Below, piece after piece: positions 47,421-56,671 of a stretch of DNA of 64,000 nucleotides. The stretch is from an uncultured bacterium (GTDB taxonomy: Bacteria; Patescibacteriota; JABMPQ01; CAVVCK01): positions 19,050 through 83,049 of the forward strand of contig CAVVCK010000001.1 of assembly GCA_963746775.1 (NCBI GenBank), in the 5' to 3' direction. Both the position numbers and the translations under genes were made by a program. Position 1 is the stretch's first letter. Every line of letters begins with the position of its first letter. The notes beneath the pieces are model-generated. The model was given only the letters and a program-made list of their open reading frames with translations. It was not told the origin of the DNA and did no database searches.

Positions 47421-47883
47421 GACTATCCCCTTCCCATCTCCATGGAGGTTTTGTTGTTTGCAAATTAATAAAAATACCTAATTATTCACAATAAGCTGCA
47501 AACAACTTTTTTACTCACCAATTCCAATTCTACATTATAAATTATACATTTTGCATTCATTTATCTACCTCAATTTTAAAAAAGAACGCTCTTATCCTAT
47601 GACATATAACCAAAGTCTTCGAATACATACACCTTTTACTTTAAATTAAAGAATAAAAATTTTATTCAAAAATGTTTAATAACTTTTGACTAAGGCTGTA
47701 TTTTTAAGATAAAAGAACATTATATTTAATCATAAAATAATAATATGTCAAACCCAAAAAGGTTAAAAACAGCTGTCTATTTAAAATCTTATAAAATTTA
47801 AAAAACGGTGGATAATTTATCTTTGATTCAAATTAAATTTTACATTAAAATAATAAGCACCTCTAAAAAATAACTACAAAAAA

Positions 47884-48138
47884 ATGGTACAAAATAAAAA
47901 GAAAACTAAGCAAAAAACTCAAAAAGAAATAGCTCTAGAATTAATAAAATTAATGCCCGATAGCATTGAATGGAGTGATATAAACAGTATTTTCTATGAG
48001 AAAGGAAGATTAGAGAAAACATTGAATGATGCTTTTGAAAAAGGAATTTTAACTAAAAAAGAAGCCCTGAAGCGCTATAATATGTTAGATAAGACAATAA
48101 TTACCGATTGGCTTAAAAATAAGTATGGTTTTGAATAA
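47884..48138 (+). CDS. Small hypothetical protein (84 aa)
   Basis: The ORF has native AT-rich codon usage. No recognisable domain. Confidence 0.3.
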   Translation: MVQNKKKTKQKTQKEIALELIKLMPDSIEWSDINSIFYEKGRLEKTLNDAFEKGILTKKEALKRYNMLDKTIITDWLKNKYGFE

Positions 48139-48298
48139 GAAGCTGGCTAAAGCCAGGTAAATAAAAACACTTTTTACCACGTACGAAATTTCAAGAATAC
48201 TTATAAAATTTTACATAATCCACAAAATTTCGTACGTGGTTTACTAAAAATAAAAAATGTGCTAACTTATAAATATTATACAAAAATAATCAATTTCT

Positions 48299-48691
48299 AT
48301 GGATAAGGAATTAAAAAACGAATTTGAAAAAATTAATAAACATTTCGAAAAAGTTGACAAGCGATTTGATAAAATAAATTCTCAAATTGAAATTTTAGCC
48401 GCTACTATTAATAACGATGTAGCTAAAAAAGAAGATTTAGAAAATTTAGAGAAAAAAATGGACACTGGCTTTGAAAAAATGAATAAAAAATTTAAAGATC
48501 TAGAAGAAAATGTAAACGACATATCTGCTAAAGTACAAATACAAAAAAACGTCCCCATTATTAGAAAAGTTAATGAGAAAGTAAACAAACATATTGAAAT
48601 TCATGAAAAAAGAGGAAATATAACTAAAGAAGATATAGCTGTAATTAGTAAAATTAATCCCTTCCCAAGCAAAGAAGCTCTAGCCCAATAA
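48299..48691 (+). CDS. Hypothetical coiled-coil protein (130 aa)
   Basis: Heptad-like K/E-rich sequence. The ORF is followed by a clear terminator. Confidence 0.35.
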   Translation: MDKELKNEFEKINKHFEKVDKRFDKINSQIEILAATINNDVAKKEDLENLEKKMDTGFEKMNKKFKDLEENVNDISAKVQIQKNVPIIRKVNEKVNKHIEIHEKRGNITKEDIAVISKINPFPSKEALAQ

Positions 48692-48703
48692 TAATTTCTA
48701 TAA

Positions 48704-48741
48704 AACCTACTTGAAAGATAAATTTATAAGTAGGTTTTTTT
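48704..48741 (+). terminator. Rho-independent terminator
   Basis: 9-bp stem aacctactt/aagtaggtt followed by TTTTTT. Confidence 0.7.
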
Positions 48742-48834
48742 AATTGTAAGGTATATAAATAATTTAATCCCCTATAAAAGCAAAACAGACCGGGCGGATG
48801 CCAGATCTGAACTCTAGGAAGGTGCAAAAAAGAA

Positions 48835-49242
48835 CTAATATTTCAACAACAAAAATCCAAAAATAGCTAAAATCAATAATGCAGTAATGATACCGGCGAT
48901 AGCCTTAATCCTGCCCTGTGCCATCCCGGGCACAATAATTTCCTCCTCTGAGAACTCTTCTTTCTTCATTGCCTCTTTAGTCTCATCATCATCAATAAAA
49001 ACATTTTCTTGTTGAGCTCCTTCCAGAAGCTCAAACCCCCGTTGGGTTGTCCTGGGATCCTCTACTGCTTTCAAAACAACCTTAGGGGCCATGCCATTAG
49101 GAGATTGTATTCTAGGAGTCGGCATCCCCATGGTGGTACCCATATGGGGGCGCTCTGGGAGAGCTTCTAATCTTTTTGGCTTTTCTCCTTTCTTTCCAAC
49201 GCCTTTACCGATAACCTTGATTGGCTTTCCATTAGAAGACAT
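48835..49242 (-). CDS. Hypothetical tail-anchored membrane protein (135 aa)
   Basis: A single C-terminal TM helix IAGIITALLILAIFGFLLL. No recognisable domain. Confidence 0.3.
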   Translation of the reverse strand: MSSNGKPIKVIGKGVGKKGEKPKRLEALPERPHMGTTMGMPTPRIQSPNGMAPKVVLKAVEDPRTTQRGFELLEGAQQENVFIDDDETKEAMKKEEFSEEEIIVPGMAQGRIKAIAGIITALLILAIFGFLLLKY

Positions 49243-49390
49243 GATTCCTCTCTTCTCCCCTTAGGGATTATGCGTGTTATTACAACATGCTATTACACCA
49301 TTTTGATATTAAAAAATCAATAAATTATATTAAATAATGACAATTTAATTAAATTTATATATTATAACAAGGACTTAATAAACTATAATT

Positions 49391-50518
49391 ATGATACACA
49401 ATTCATTACTTTTAACCAAATTCTTTCCGCCAGACAAAGGCGGTATCCAAAATTATTTATACAATATTTGTAAAAATTTAGAAAATAATAAAATATTTGT
49501 ATTAACGGAAAAAGAAGCTAAAAATAAAGAAGATTTTAAAATTTTTAGCTATAAAACAAAAAAAATATATTCATATTTAAACTTAAGCTTTTTGCCTGTC
49601 CTCCTTGAAGCTTCAAAAATAATAAAAAATAATAATATAGAAAATCTACTTTTAGGCCATTTCTATGTTCCCTACGCCCTATCTGCCCTAATTTTAAAAA
49701 AATTTAAAAAAATACCCTATACCATATTCACTCACGGATTAGAAATATTAGAAACAAAAAATAGCCGTAAAACGGATTATATTCTAAAGCTCTGTTTTAA
49801 AAATGCTCAAAATATTATTGTTACGACAGATTATTTAAAAAGAGAAATTATTAATAAATACCCCAATCTTAATTTAGATAAAAAAATAATAAAAATACCA
49901 CCCGGAGTTGATTCTGATTTTTTTAAACCTAATTTGGACATATCAAATTTAAGAAAATATCATAACCTGGAAGATAAAAAAATAATCTTTACCTGCGGAA
50001 GATTGGTTAAAAGAAAAAATCATCAGCTCATCATAAAAGCTCTGCCAGAAATTATAGAAAAAGTTCCTAATATTATTTATTTAATTGGAGGAGTGGGCCC
50101 CGAGGAAGAAAACTTAAAAAAACAAGTAATCACGCTTAATCTGGAAAATAACATAAAATTCCTAGGAGAAGTTAAAAATAAAGATTTGCCCCTATTTTAC
50201 AATTTAGCTGACATCTTCTGCATGCCTTCTACCTACAATAAAGAAAAAGGCGATGTTGAAGGCTTTGGCTTAGTCTTTATAGAAGCGCAGGCCTGTGAAA
50301 CTCCCACTATAGGTTCAAATACAGGAGGCATCCCTGATGCTATTATTAATAATATAGATGGATACCTTATAAATCCAGACTCAAGCCAAGAATTAGCTCA
50401 AAAAGTTATAGAGCTATTATTGAACAACAATTTAGCTCAACAATTTGGAAGAGCTGGCAGAGAGAAAGTTGTAAGAGAGCATAATTGGAGCAAGTTAGTT
50501 AAGAAGTTACCACGGTGA
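49391..50518 (+). CDS. GT4-family glycosyltransferase
   Basis: C-terminal EGFGLVFIEAQACETPTIGSNTGGIPD GT-B motif. Confidence 0.75.
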   Translation: MIHNSLLLTKFFPPDKGGIQNYLYNICKNLENNKIFVLTEKEAKNKEDFKIFSYKTKKIYSYLNLSFLPVLLEASKIIKNNNIENLLLGHFYVPYALSALILKKFKKIPYTIFTHGLEILETKNSRKTDYILKLCFKNAQNIIVTTDYLKREIINKYPNLNLDKKIIKIPPGVDSDFFKPNLDISNLRKYHNLEDKKIIFTCGRLVKRKNHQLIIKALPEIIEKVPNIIYLIGGVGPEEENLKKQVITLNLENNIKFLGEVKNKDLPLFYNLADIFCMPSTYNKEKGDVEGFGLVFIEAQACETPTIGSNTGGIPDAIINNIDGYLINPDSSQELAQKVIELLLNNNLAQQFGRAGREKVVREHNWSKLVKKLPR

Positions 50519-50721
50519 CATCCGAGATTGCCAATGTTAAATTAAAGTAGGTTGGGTTGAGTAATCGAAACCCAACAAATAAACTCTGAGTTACGCTTCG
50601 CTCAACCCAAACTACTAAATAATATAATCCTCAATAATTCACATCAACAGCACCAATCTTAGAAATCCTCTTCTGACTCCTCTTTTTTAAAGGAGGAGGG
50701 CTAGAGTAATTTTCTCACCAA

Positions 50722-50750
50722 TAAAAAAACCGCCAATAAGGCGGTTTTAA
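50722..50750. terminator. Bidirectional terminator between convergent genes
   Basis: Stem aaccgcc/ggcggtt with loop aataa, flanked by A-run and T-run. Confidence 0.65.
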
Positions 50751-50766
50751 AATATTCAAATTCTAA

Positions 50767-51411
50767 TTAAACCTTATCGCTTAATTTATACGCTTCGCTT
50801 TTTTCTACTTTCTTAGAACCCATCAACACAGTTATAACTATTGACAATAATATTCCTAAAGCCAAACCGGCAAAAGTATTTAATAATATATTAGGTCTAA
50901 CAGTCTTCTCTGAGGTAATAGGTAAATCCACCATTTTAATTTCAATCTGAGAGCCTCCACCATGATAATATTGACCATAATTGATCATGGTATAAGCTAT
51001 GCCAAAAGCAATTTGTTCCGCTTGTTTCTGATCTTCATTATAAACACTAATTTGAATAGAACCCGTTTCGTCGCTTAACTTTACCTTAACTCTATCTTCC
51101 CATTTCTTTTTTCTTTTCTCTGGATCAGAACCAAAATCATCATTTATATCAAATTTAGAAGTTAAAACTCTATCAAAAAAACTGGAGGTATAAACCATTT
51201 TAGAGATAACCTCACCAACTGTCTGAGCAGATCTAGCCGCCGTATAAGCATCAAGCCTTTGACCTTGATTCTGTATAACTAAAAGCTTTACATCAGATCT
51301 GTACTCAGGCTTCTGCACCGCACTAATACCAAAACTAGAAACAGTAATTAATACTGTTAATAGCAGGAAAAGATGCCAATATTTTTTAAGTATTTCAATA
51401 TAAATATTCAC
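50767..51411 (-). CDS. Polysaccharide co-polymerase / chain-length determinant-like protein (Wzz/CapA-YveK type)
   Basis: Two TM helices, one N-terminal and one C-terminal (GLALGILLSIVITVL), around a periplasmic-type domain. Adjacent to GT4 genes. Confidence 0.45.
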   Translation of the reverse strand: MNIYIEILKKYWHLFLLLTVLITVSSFGISAVQKPEYRSDVKLLVIQNQGQRLDAYTAARSAQTVGEVISKMVYTSSFFDRVLTSKFDINDDFGSDPEKRKKKWEDRVKVKLSDETGSIQISVYNEDQKQAEQIAFGIAYTMINYGQYYHGGGSQIEIKMVDLPITSEKTVRPNILLNTFAGLALGILLSIVITVLMGSKKVEKSEAYKLSDKV

Positions 51412-51503
51412 TTTTTTATAATTTAAAAATTATACTTTATTTAAACAAAAATTATTATAACATATAAACTATAAAAAATCAAGACTAAATTGTAATTTTT
51501 GTT

Positions 51504-52703
51504 TTATTCCCCTAATTTAAGCCTAGATGAAAGCTCTTGATTATCTCTAATGTACTTTATTTCTACTTCATCCCCTATATTATAATTTTCTAAGATTTGA
51601 ACTAAATCTTTATTCTGGTTTATTTCTATATCATTAATAGCATAGATTAAATCATCTTTCATAAGACCTGCCTTGTCAGCTGGGCCATTAGGAATAACGG
51701 CATCATCGTTTAATAGATACAGACCATAATCTTTAGGAAGTTCTATCTCTTCCACTAAATAAGGTGTAATTTTAACATATTTGATACCTAATTTTGGCCT
51801 TACTATTTTATTATCTTCAATTACACTATTTAGAGAATTTTTAATTAAATCTATAGGTAAAATATAATTTGATACCTTATTATCTTTATCTCCACTAACA
51901 TTAATACCTACTACCTTACCAGATAAGTCTATTAGCGGTCCGCCTGAATTCACCATATTAATTTCAGTATCTGCTAAAATCATCGCATTCACCTGCTCAT
52001 TATTTTCATTATTCATTATAAATGAATTTACGTTATTTATTATGCCTAGGCTAGCCTGATTTTGAAAATTATTACCACTATATCCTAGTGATATTACTTT
52101 TTGACCTAATTTAAGATCTTTTGAAATACCCAAAGATACTACTGGCAGATTATCCGCTTTAATTTTCAAAAATATTAAGCTAGAAGCATTATCAATGTGT
52201 ATAATATCAACATCATAGCTTTTACCATCCTGGGCAAAAACAATATATTTATCCTGATTATTATCTACTACATGGCTATTAGTTACAATCAATCCGTCAG
52301 AAGTAATTACAAAACCAGAACCATATGCTTGAGGCTGCGGTTTATTTTCATCCTTTATAATAGTTACTACTGCAGGCTTAACTTTATTGATAGCTTCATT
52401 TATAACACTACTTTCGTCAATTTTTACTGTTTCTTTTTCCTGAACAATAATTTTTGTCTCTTCTGGCTTTAAAAATTCATATTTCTCGAAAAAAGAAGTG
52501 GCAGCTAAATAAGGAAATAAAAATTTATCAACTAATACCCCACTTCCACCTCCAATAACTACTACAAATAAAAAAACAAATGTTGCTTTAAATATTTTTT
52601 TTATAATCCCAGGCTTTTTTTCTTTGCCCTTTATAGTTTCGACAGAAGAAGGCTTTTCCTCTTTATTATTATCTTCCAATGATTTTATTTTAATATTAGA
52701 CAT
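51504..52703 (-). CDS. htrA: HtrA/DegP-family serine protease with PDZ domain
   Basis: N-terminal TM helix. Trypsin-like core AYGSGFVITSDGLIVTNSHVV. Active-site Ser region GGPLIDLSGKVVGIN. C-terminal PDZ domain. Confidence 0.8.
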   Translation of the reverse strand: MSNIKIKSLEDNNKEEKPSSVETIKGKEKKPGIIKKIFKATFVFLFVVVIGGGSGVLVDKFLFPYLAATSFFEKYEFLKPEETKIIVQEKETVKIDESSVINEAINKVKPAVVTIIKDENKPQPQAYGSGFVITSDGLIVTNSHVVDNNQDKYIVFAQDGKSYDVDIIHIDNASSLIFLKIKADNLPVVSLGISKDLKLGQKVISLGYSGNNFQNQASLGIINNVNSFIMNNENNEQVNAMILADTEINMVNSGGPLIDLSGKVVGINVSGDKDNKVSNYILPIDLIKNSLNSVIEDNKIVRPKLGIKYVKITPYLVEEIELPKDYGLYLLNDDAVIPNGPADKAGLMKDDLIYAINDIEINQNKDLVQILENYNIGDEVEIKYIRDNQELSSRLKLGE

Positions 52704-52770
52704 TTCAAATAATTAAACTATTTCTCAAAAATTTTGTTATCTTACTCTTGTGTTTTAATGTTTTTTCGAC

Positions 52771-53538
52771 TTAAAACGTCCACTTGGTAGTACTTAAAAT
52801 AATGGCTAAAGAAACAAAGGCTACTATTAAATGTTCTTTAACAACTTTTTTATTTAGGGTTTTATTAAAGTAGTTTTTAATCAACCCGGCAAATACATAG
52901 AACATGATAAATAAAACCATTCCTCTGGATATAAAACCTGTCGGCCAAAAAGACAGCGCCCAAGCCATTTCACAAGAAATAAGCCCAAATACAGAATAAA
53001 ATATTAGATTCTGACTTAATTGAATTTTGTTATAACAAAAATGAAAATAAGCTGCAAAAACTGAAATAAGTAAGGTTTGTAGCATTAAAATCCAAGTTGG
53101 AAGATTTAAAAATAAGTAAAAACCAAATATACAAGCATATGAGAAAAAGGCATAAACTAAAATACTTATTTCCCCCAAAGAATAATATTTGTGTTTAGAA
53201 TCTAGGGTTATTCTCTTGGCTGCTAGATTACCAGTATAGAAAGTAAGTAAGGCATAAACTAAGCTACCTATGGCAGCAAATATATGACGGAATAAATCTC
53301 CGGGGATAAAGACAAAGAAACCAATCAAACTAGCTAAAAACAAGATAGGAAATAAAGCAAAAGCCATTTTATCAGACTGAATCCTGCCTTTTCTTACAAA
53401 ACTAACAGATATTATAAAAGATAAAGTAATTAATAAAGCCGCCACTAAATAAACACGAGATTTATCATGGGAAATATATTCCAGTCCTCCTAAAACAGCT
53501 ATAAATACTAAAATTGATTTTATAAAAGAAGAAATCAT
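52771..53538 (-). CDS. Hypothetical polytopic membrane protein
   Basis: About 7 predicted TM helices. No recognisable domain. Confidence 0.35.
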   Translation of the reverse strand: MISSFIKSILVFIAVLGGLEYISHDKSRVYLVAALLITLSFIISVSFVRKGRIQSDKMAFALFPILFLASLIGFFVFIPGDLFRHIFAAIGSLVYALLTFYTGNLAAKRITLDSKHKYYSLGEISILVYAFFSYACIFGFYLFLNLPTWILMLQTLLISVFAAYFHFCYNKIQLSQNLIFYSVFGLISCEMAWALSFWPTGFISRGMVLFIMFYVFAGLIKNYFNKTLNKKVVKEHLIVAFVSLAIILSTTKWTF

Positions 53539-53875
53539 AAATTTTTTTATTTTCTTTCTTTCTATATTTTATATTCTATCAGATTTGCTATAATAAAAAA
53601 AGTACTAATTAAATAAAAAACAATGGGATTATTTTCTTCAGACAAAAAGACAAAACATCTAAGCAGCAAGGAAGTACACAAAGCGCTATTTGGTATATCC
53701 GGCGTTAACAGATCAGAAAGAGAACCAGATTATGGATGCCCTAGAACCTGATAAAGATATGGGTGGCATTACTGAATTTGAATTGGAGAGAACCTTAAGA
53801 AGATTAGCTAGTCAGGGTATTATATCCAAAGGACGTATCGAAAGGATAAAAAAGAAATTATTAAAATAAATCACT

Positions 53876-53946
53876 CTGCCGGACATGGATTCGAACCATG
53901 ATTGACGGCTTCAAAGGCCGCTGTCCTACCATTAGACGATCCGGCA
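53876..53946 (-). tRNA. tRNA-Gln (anticodon TTG)
   Basis: Hand-folded. Acceptor TGCCGGA/TCCGGCA. D-stem GTCT/GGAC. Anticodon stem GCGGC/GCCGT with loop CTTTGAA. T-arm CATGG-TTCGAAT-CCATG. Confidence 0.8.
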
Positions 53947-54022
53947 TAATTAAAACATTAAAACACAAATAAAAAAACTTGATAGATTCAATCTATTATA
54001 TCTTTATTTTTCTAAAAATCAA

Positions 54023-54493
54023 TTAAATATTATTAAAAAATGGCAAATTAAACTTGTCTTTTTTATATTCTAAATATAATTCTATATTTTCATAGTGATC
54101 AAAAGCTACTTCATCTTTTTTTGGTAAATCATTAAAATCAAACCATTTAACCTCAGCTACTTCTTTGTCATGTTCACCTGTTTTTTCTAAGGTTTTAACT
54201 AAAAAAATAAAATCTACATTTCCCTTGTCCCTCTTGGGATTTCCATTAATCCTAAATAATGTTACAACCCCAGAGTCATAACCAGTTTCTTCTTTCACTT
54301 CTCTTAAAATTCCTTTTTCTATAGTTTCCCCTTGATCCAAATAACCCCCAGGCAAACAATATAAATTTGGCATATACATTTTAGATGATCTTTTAACTAA
54401 AAGAATCTTATTATCTTTTTCAATAATAGCATTAGTAGTTACGTGTCTAAAATTCAATTTTTTATCACTATTTTCAAAATGACATGTGATCAT
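54023..54493 (-). CDS. Nudix hydrolase
   Basis: Nudix box GGYLDQGETIEKGILREVKEETGY. Confidence 0.75.
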   Translation of the reverse strand: MITCHFENSDKKLNFRHVTTNAIIEKDNKILLVKRSSKMYMPNLYCLPGGYLDQGETIEKGILREVKEETGYDSGVVTLFRINGNPKRDKGNVDFIFLVKTLEKTGEHDKEVAEVKWFDFNDLPKKDEVAFDHYENIELYLEYKKDKFNLPFFNNI

Positions 54494-54571
54494 TTTTTTT
54501 AATTATTTAAGGTTTAAATTAATAATATCCTACATCCCTTTATTCTAAATTCAAGATTTAGATTCTATACT

Positions 54572-56533
54572 CTAATTCACCCCATGATAGTTATCTATTA
54601 CCGCTATCCCCACTCCATTGCGAAGTGCCTCATCGCCAAAAGCAAAAAAATTAGGCCAGGATCGAAGTTTACCTGAGGGCTCATAAGCTAATACTTGAGG
54701 ACCATTAGAGCCTATGGGAGAGACTAATAATTCATCAACACCGTCTAGATCTATATCTCCGGCAACATTAGTGTAATCACCTCTAATATGTTCTTGATAA
54801 GCCCACCAGAAGTTCTTTCTATTTCCATTTTTGTCAAAGACATTTATTTGGGAAGAACCGTTATTAGGAGTAGTATAGATTCGATCTTGAATACCAGATG
54901 CTGTTAATCCCTGATTAATAGGAGCATCATAAGCCCAAAAGTCTTTCTTGAGAGTACCGCCTACTGTATACATCCAAACTTTAGGTTCAGCTAAACCATG
55001 ATTAGGAGTAATTAGCAGTTCTTCTGCTCCGTCATCATATTGAAATGTACCTAAATTACAGCCAGCAGCACCAAAAGCAGCATCAAATTGGTTAATTAAT
55101 TTCCAGTTATCTATACCAGAAACGTCTCTAAAAATTTTTACTCGCGGATTATAATCTCCTGTCAAACAAAAAGCCGCATCATCTTGATAACCATCATTGT
55201 CAAAATCTCCACTCATTGCAGAGAGACCATCTCTGATAGAAGAATCAAAGACAAATTGTTGTCCTAGGTAGGAAACACTTTTATCTTCTTTAATACCAAT
55301 TACTCTAGCTTGTGGTCCACCATTGTTAATAGCAAAGATTAAAGCTTGATCCTTTACCCCATTATTATTAGCATCAATTGGAACCATACCAGCACCACCA
55401 GCGTAGGAATCAGGAAATAACCCGGTAATAACATCTCCCGTAGCAACACCTTTTCTATCATAGACTTGCGCTCTGGTTACCTCTCCGGGACCAGAAGTAG
55501 TGATTATTTTAGGAGAAATAGTGTTACCTTCTTCAGTGGTACGAGAGGCGGTGTCTTCAGTTGTTGTTGAAGCATCTGAGGAATTATCAGAAGAATCGTC
55601 TGAAGTATCGTCAGAAGAATCATCGGAAGTATCAGAAGAATCATCACTATCATCTCCAGTATCTTCTCCATCTTCACCACTATCTTCATCTTCTAAACAT
55701 ACGATAGGATAGCTGTTATAAGCCCACACATCTCCACTATCCTGGGCTATATAAATATTAGAGGAAGTAGAAGGACAAGAAGATACTACGCTTACACCCT
55801 CTTGACTATCACCTGGTAAATTATAAATATGGACAACCGTACCATCCGGTTCCATTTCCACTAATAAATTAAGAGTATCATAAATAGCATAAACCAATCC
55901 TGTTTCACTATTATAATCTAATCCTGAAATATCCGTGTAAGAATCATTAACGGTAATAGTATCAATATAAGTCACTGACCCACTTGTAGACAAATCAACA
56001 TCAAAGACATATATTTTCCCATCGTATTGTAAGCCAGCATAAAAAAATCCTCCTGAACTGCTATTCTTGTTAGTATAAGGATGCGCACCATTAGGTACAA
56101 AGGTTAAGGCTTCTAATCCTGAATTTGGATCTCCTGTCATCCAAGAGGTTAAATCCCACTGTTTCTCTCCGTAAGCTTTAGTGGATAAATTAAAACTTTT
56201 AATACTATCCGGATTTTCCACACCCACATAAACGTAATCTGTATTTGGATCTGCAATAGCAACACCTTCCAGATCATTACTAGTATCCGACCAGGTGTCT
56301 ACGCCAGATCCATCAATATTTATGGTGGTAATATCTCCGCCATCGCCTACTAAAACTAATTTATCAAGACGACTATGGTAAGCCAGTCCACTTGGTTCAT
56401 ATTCAAACCCTAAATTAGTTCCATCTCCAATAACTACTCCACTGTCACCTGGCCAATCTGCTGCGTATACTGAAATAGAAAATGATAAAATTACAACAAG
56501 AACAAAACTGGTAATTAATTTTAATTTTCGCAT
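54572..56533 (-). CDS. Secreted protein: N-terminal beta-propeller-like domain, acidic D/S linker, C-terminal FG-GAP repeats
   Basis: Signal peptide. Repeated D.EG(V/L) blade-like motifs. Linker DDSDDSSDTSDDSSDDTSDDSSD. FG-GAP-like DFDNDGYQDD and DIDLDGVDELLV. Confidence 0.45.
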   Translation of the reverse strand: MRKLKLITSFVLVVILSFSISVYAADWPGDSGVVIGDGTNLGFEYEPSGLAYHSRLDKLVLVGDGGDITTINIDGSGVDTWSDTSNDLEGVAIADPNTDYVYVGVENPDSIKSFNLSTKAYGEKQWDLTSWMTGDPNSGLEALTFVPNGAHPYTNKNSSSGGFFYAGLQYDGKIYVFDVDLSTSGSVTYIDTITVNDSYTDISGLDYNSETGLVYAIYDTLNLLVEMEPDGTVVHIYNLPGDSQEGVSVVSSCPSTSSNIYIAQDSGDVWAYNSYPIVCLEDEDSGEDGEDTGDDSDDSSDTSDDSSDDTSDDSSDNSSDASTTTEDTASRTTEEGNTISPKIITTSGPGEVTRAQVYDRKGVATGDVITGLFPDSYAGGAGMVPIDANNNGVKDQALIFAINNGGPQARVIGIKEDKSVSYLGQQFVFDSSIRDGLSAMSGDFDNDGYQDDAAFCLTGDYNPRVKIFRDVSGIDNWKLINQFDAAFGAAGCNLGTFQYDDGAEELLITPNHGLAEPKVWMYTVGGTLKKDFWAYDAPINQGLTASGIQDRIYTTPNNGSSQINVFDKNGNRKNFWWAYQEHIRGDYTNVAGDIDLDGVDELLVSPIGSNGPQVLAYEPSGKLRSWPNFFAFGDEALRNGVGIAVIDNYHGVN

Positions 56534-56600
56534 TGCTTTTTTAATTTTATTTTGTATTTATTATAACAAAAAATCTCGAAATTTACGAGATTTTTATATT

Positions 56601-56671
56601 CTGCCGGACCAGGATTCGAACCTAGATTAGCGGAGCCAGAGTCCGCTGTCCTACCATTAGACGATCCGGCA
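56601..56671 (-). tRNA. tRNA-Gln (anticodon CTG)
   Basis: The 5' 29 nt are identical to the tRNA at 53876-53946. Anticodon stem GCGGA/TCCGC with loop CTCTGGC. T-arm CTAGG-TTCGAAT-CCTGG. Confidence 0.8.

Noticed and set aside
41000-47450. Diversity-generating retroelement (DGR) or integron as explanation for the variable cassette region
   Set aside because: No reverse transcriptase, no template/variable repeat pair with A-to-N differences, no IntI-like tyrosine recombinase and no attC-type sites are present in the window. The only recombinase-like genes are the two HuH (RAYT) transposases.
41000-47450. Simple chimeric assembly or contaminating high-GC contig
   Set aside because: This is not fully excluded without reads. 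It seems unlikely because each GC-rich gene is individually embedded between AT-rich spacers carrying the same host-type promoter and UTR hairpin and the host's own REP elements, and because the composition switches at least eight times within 6.5 kb.
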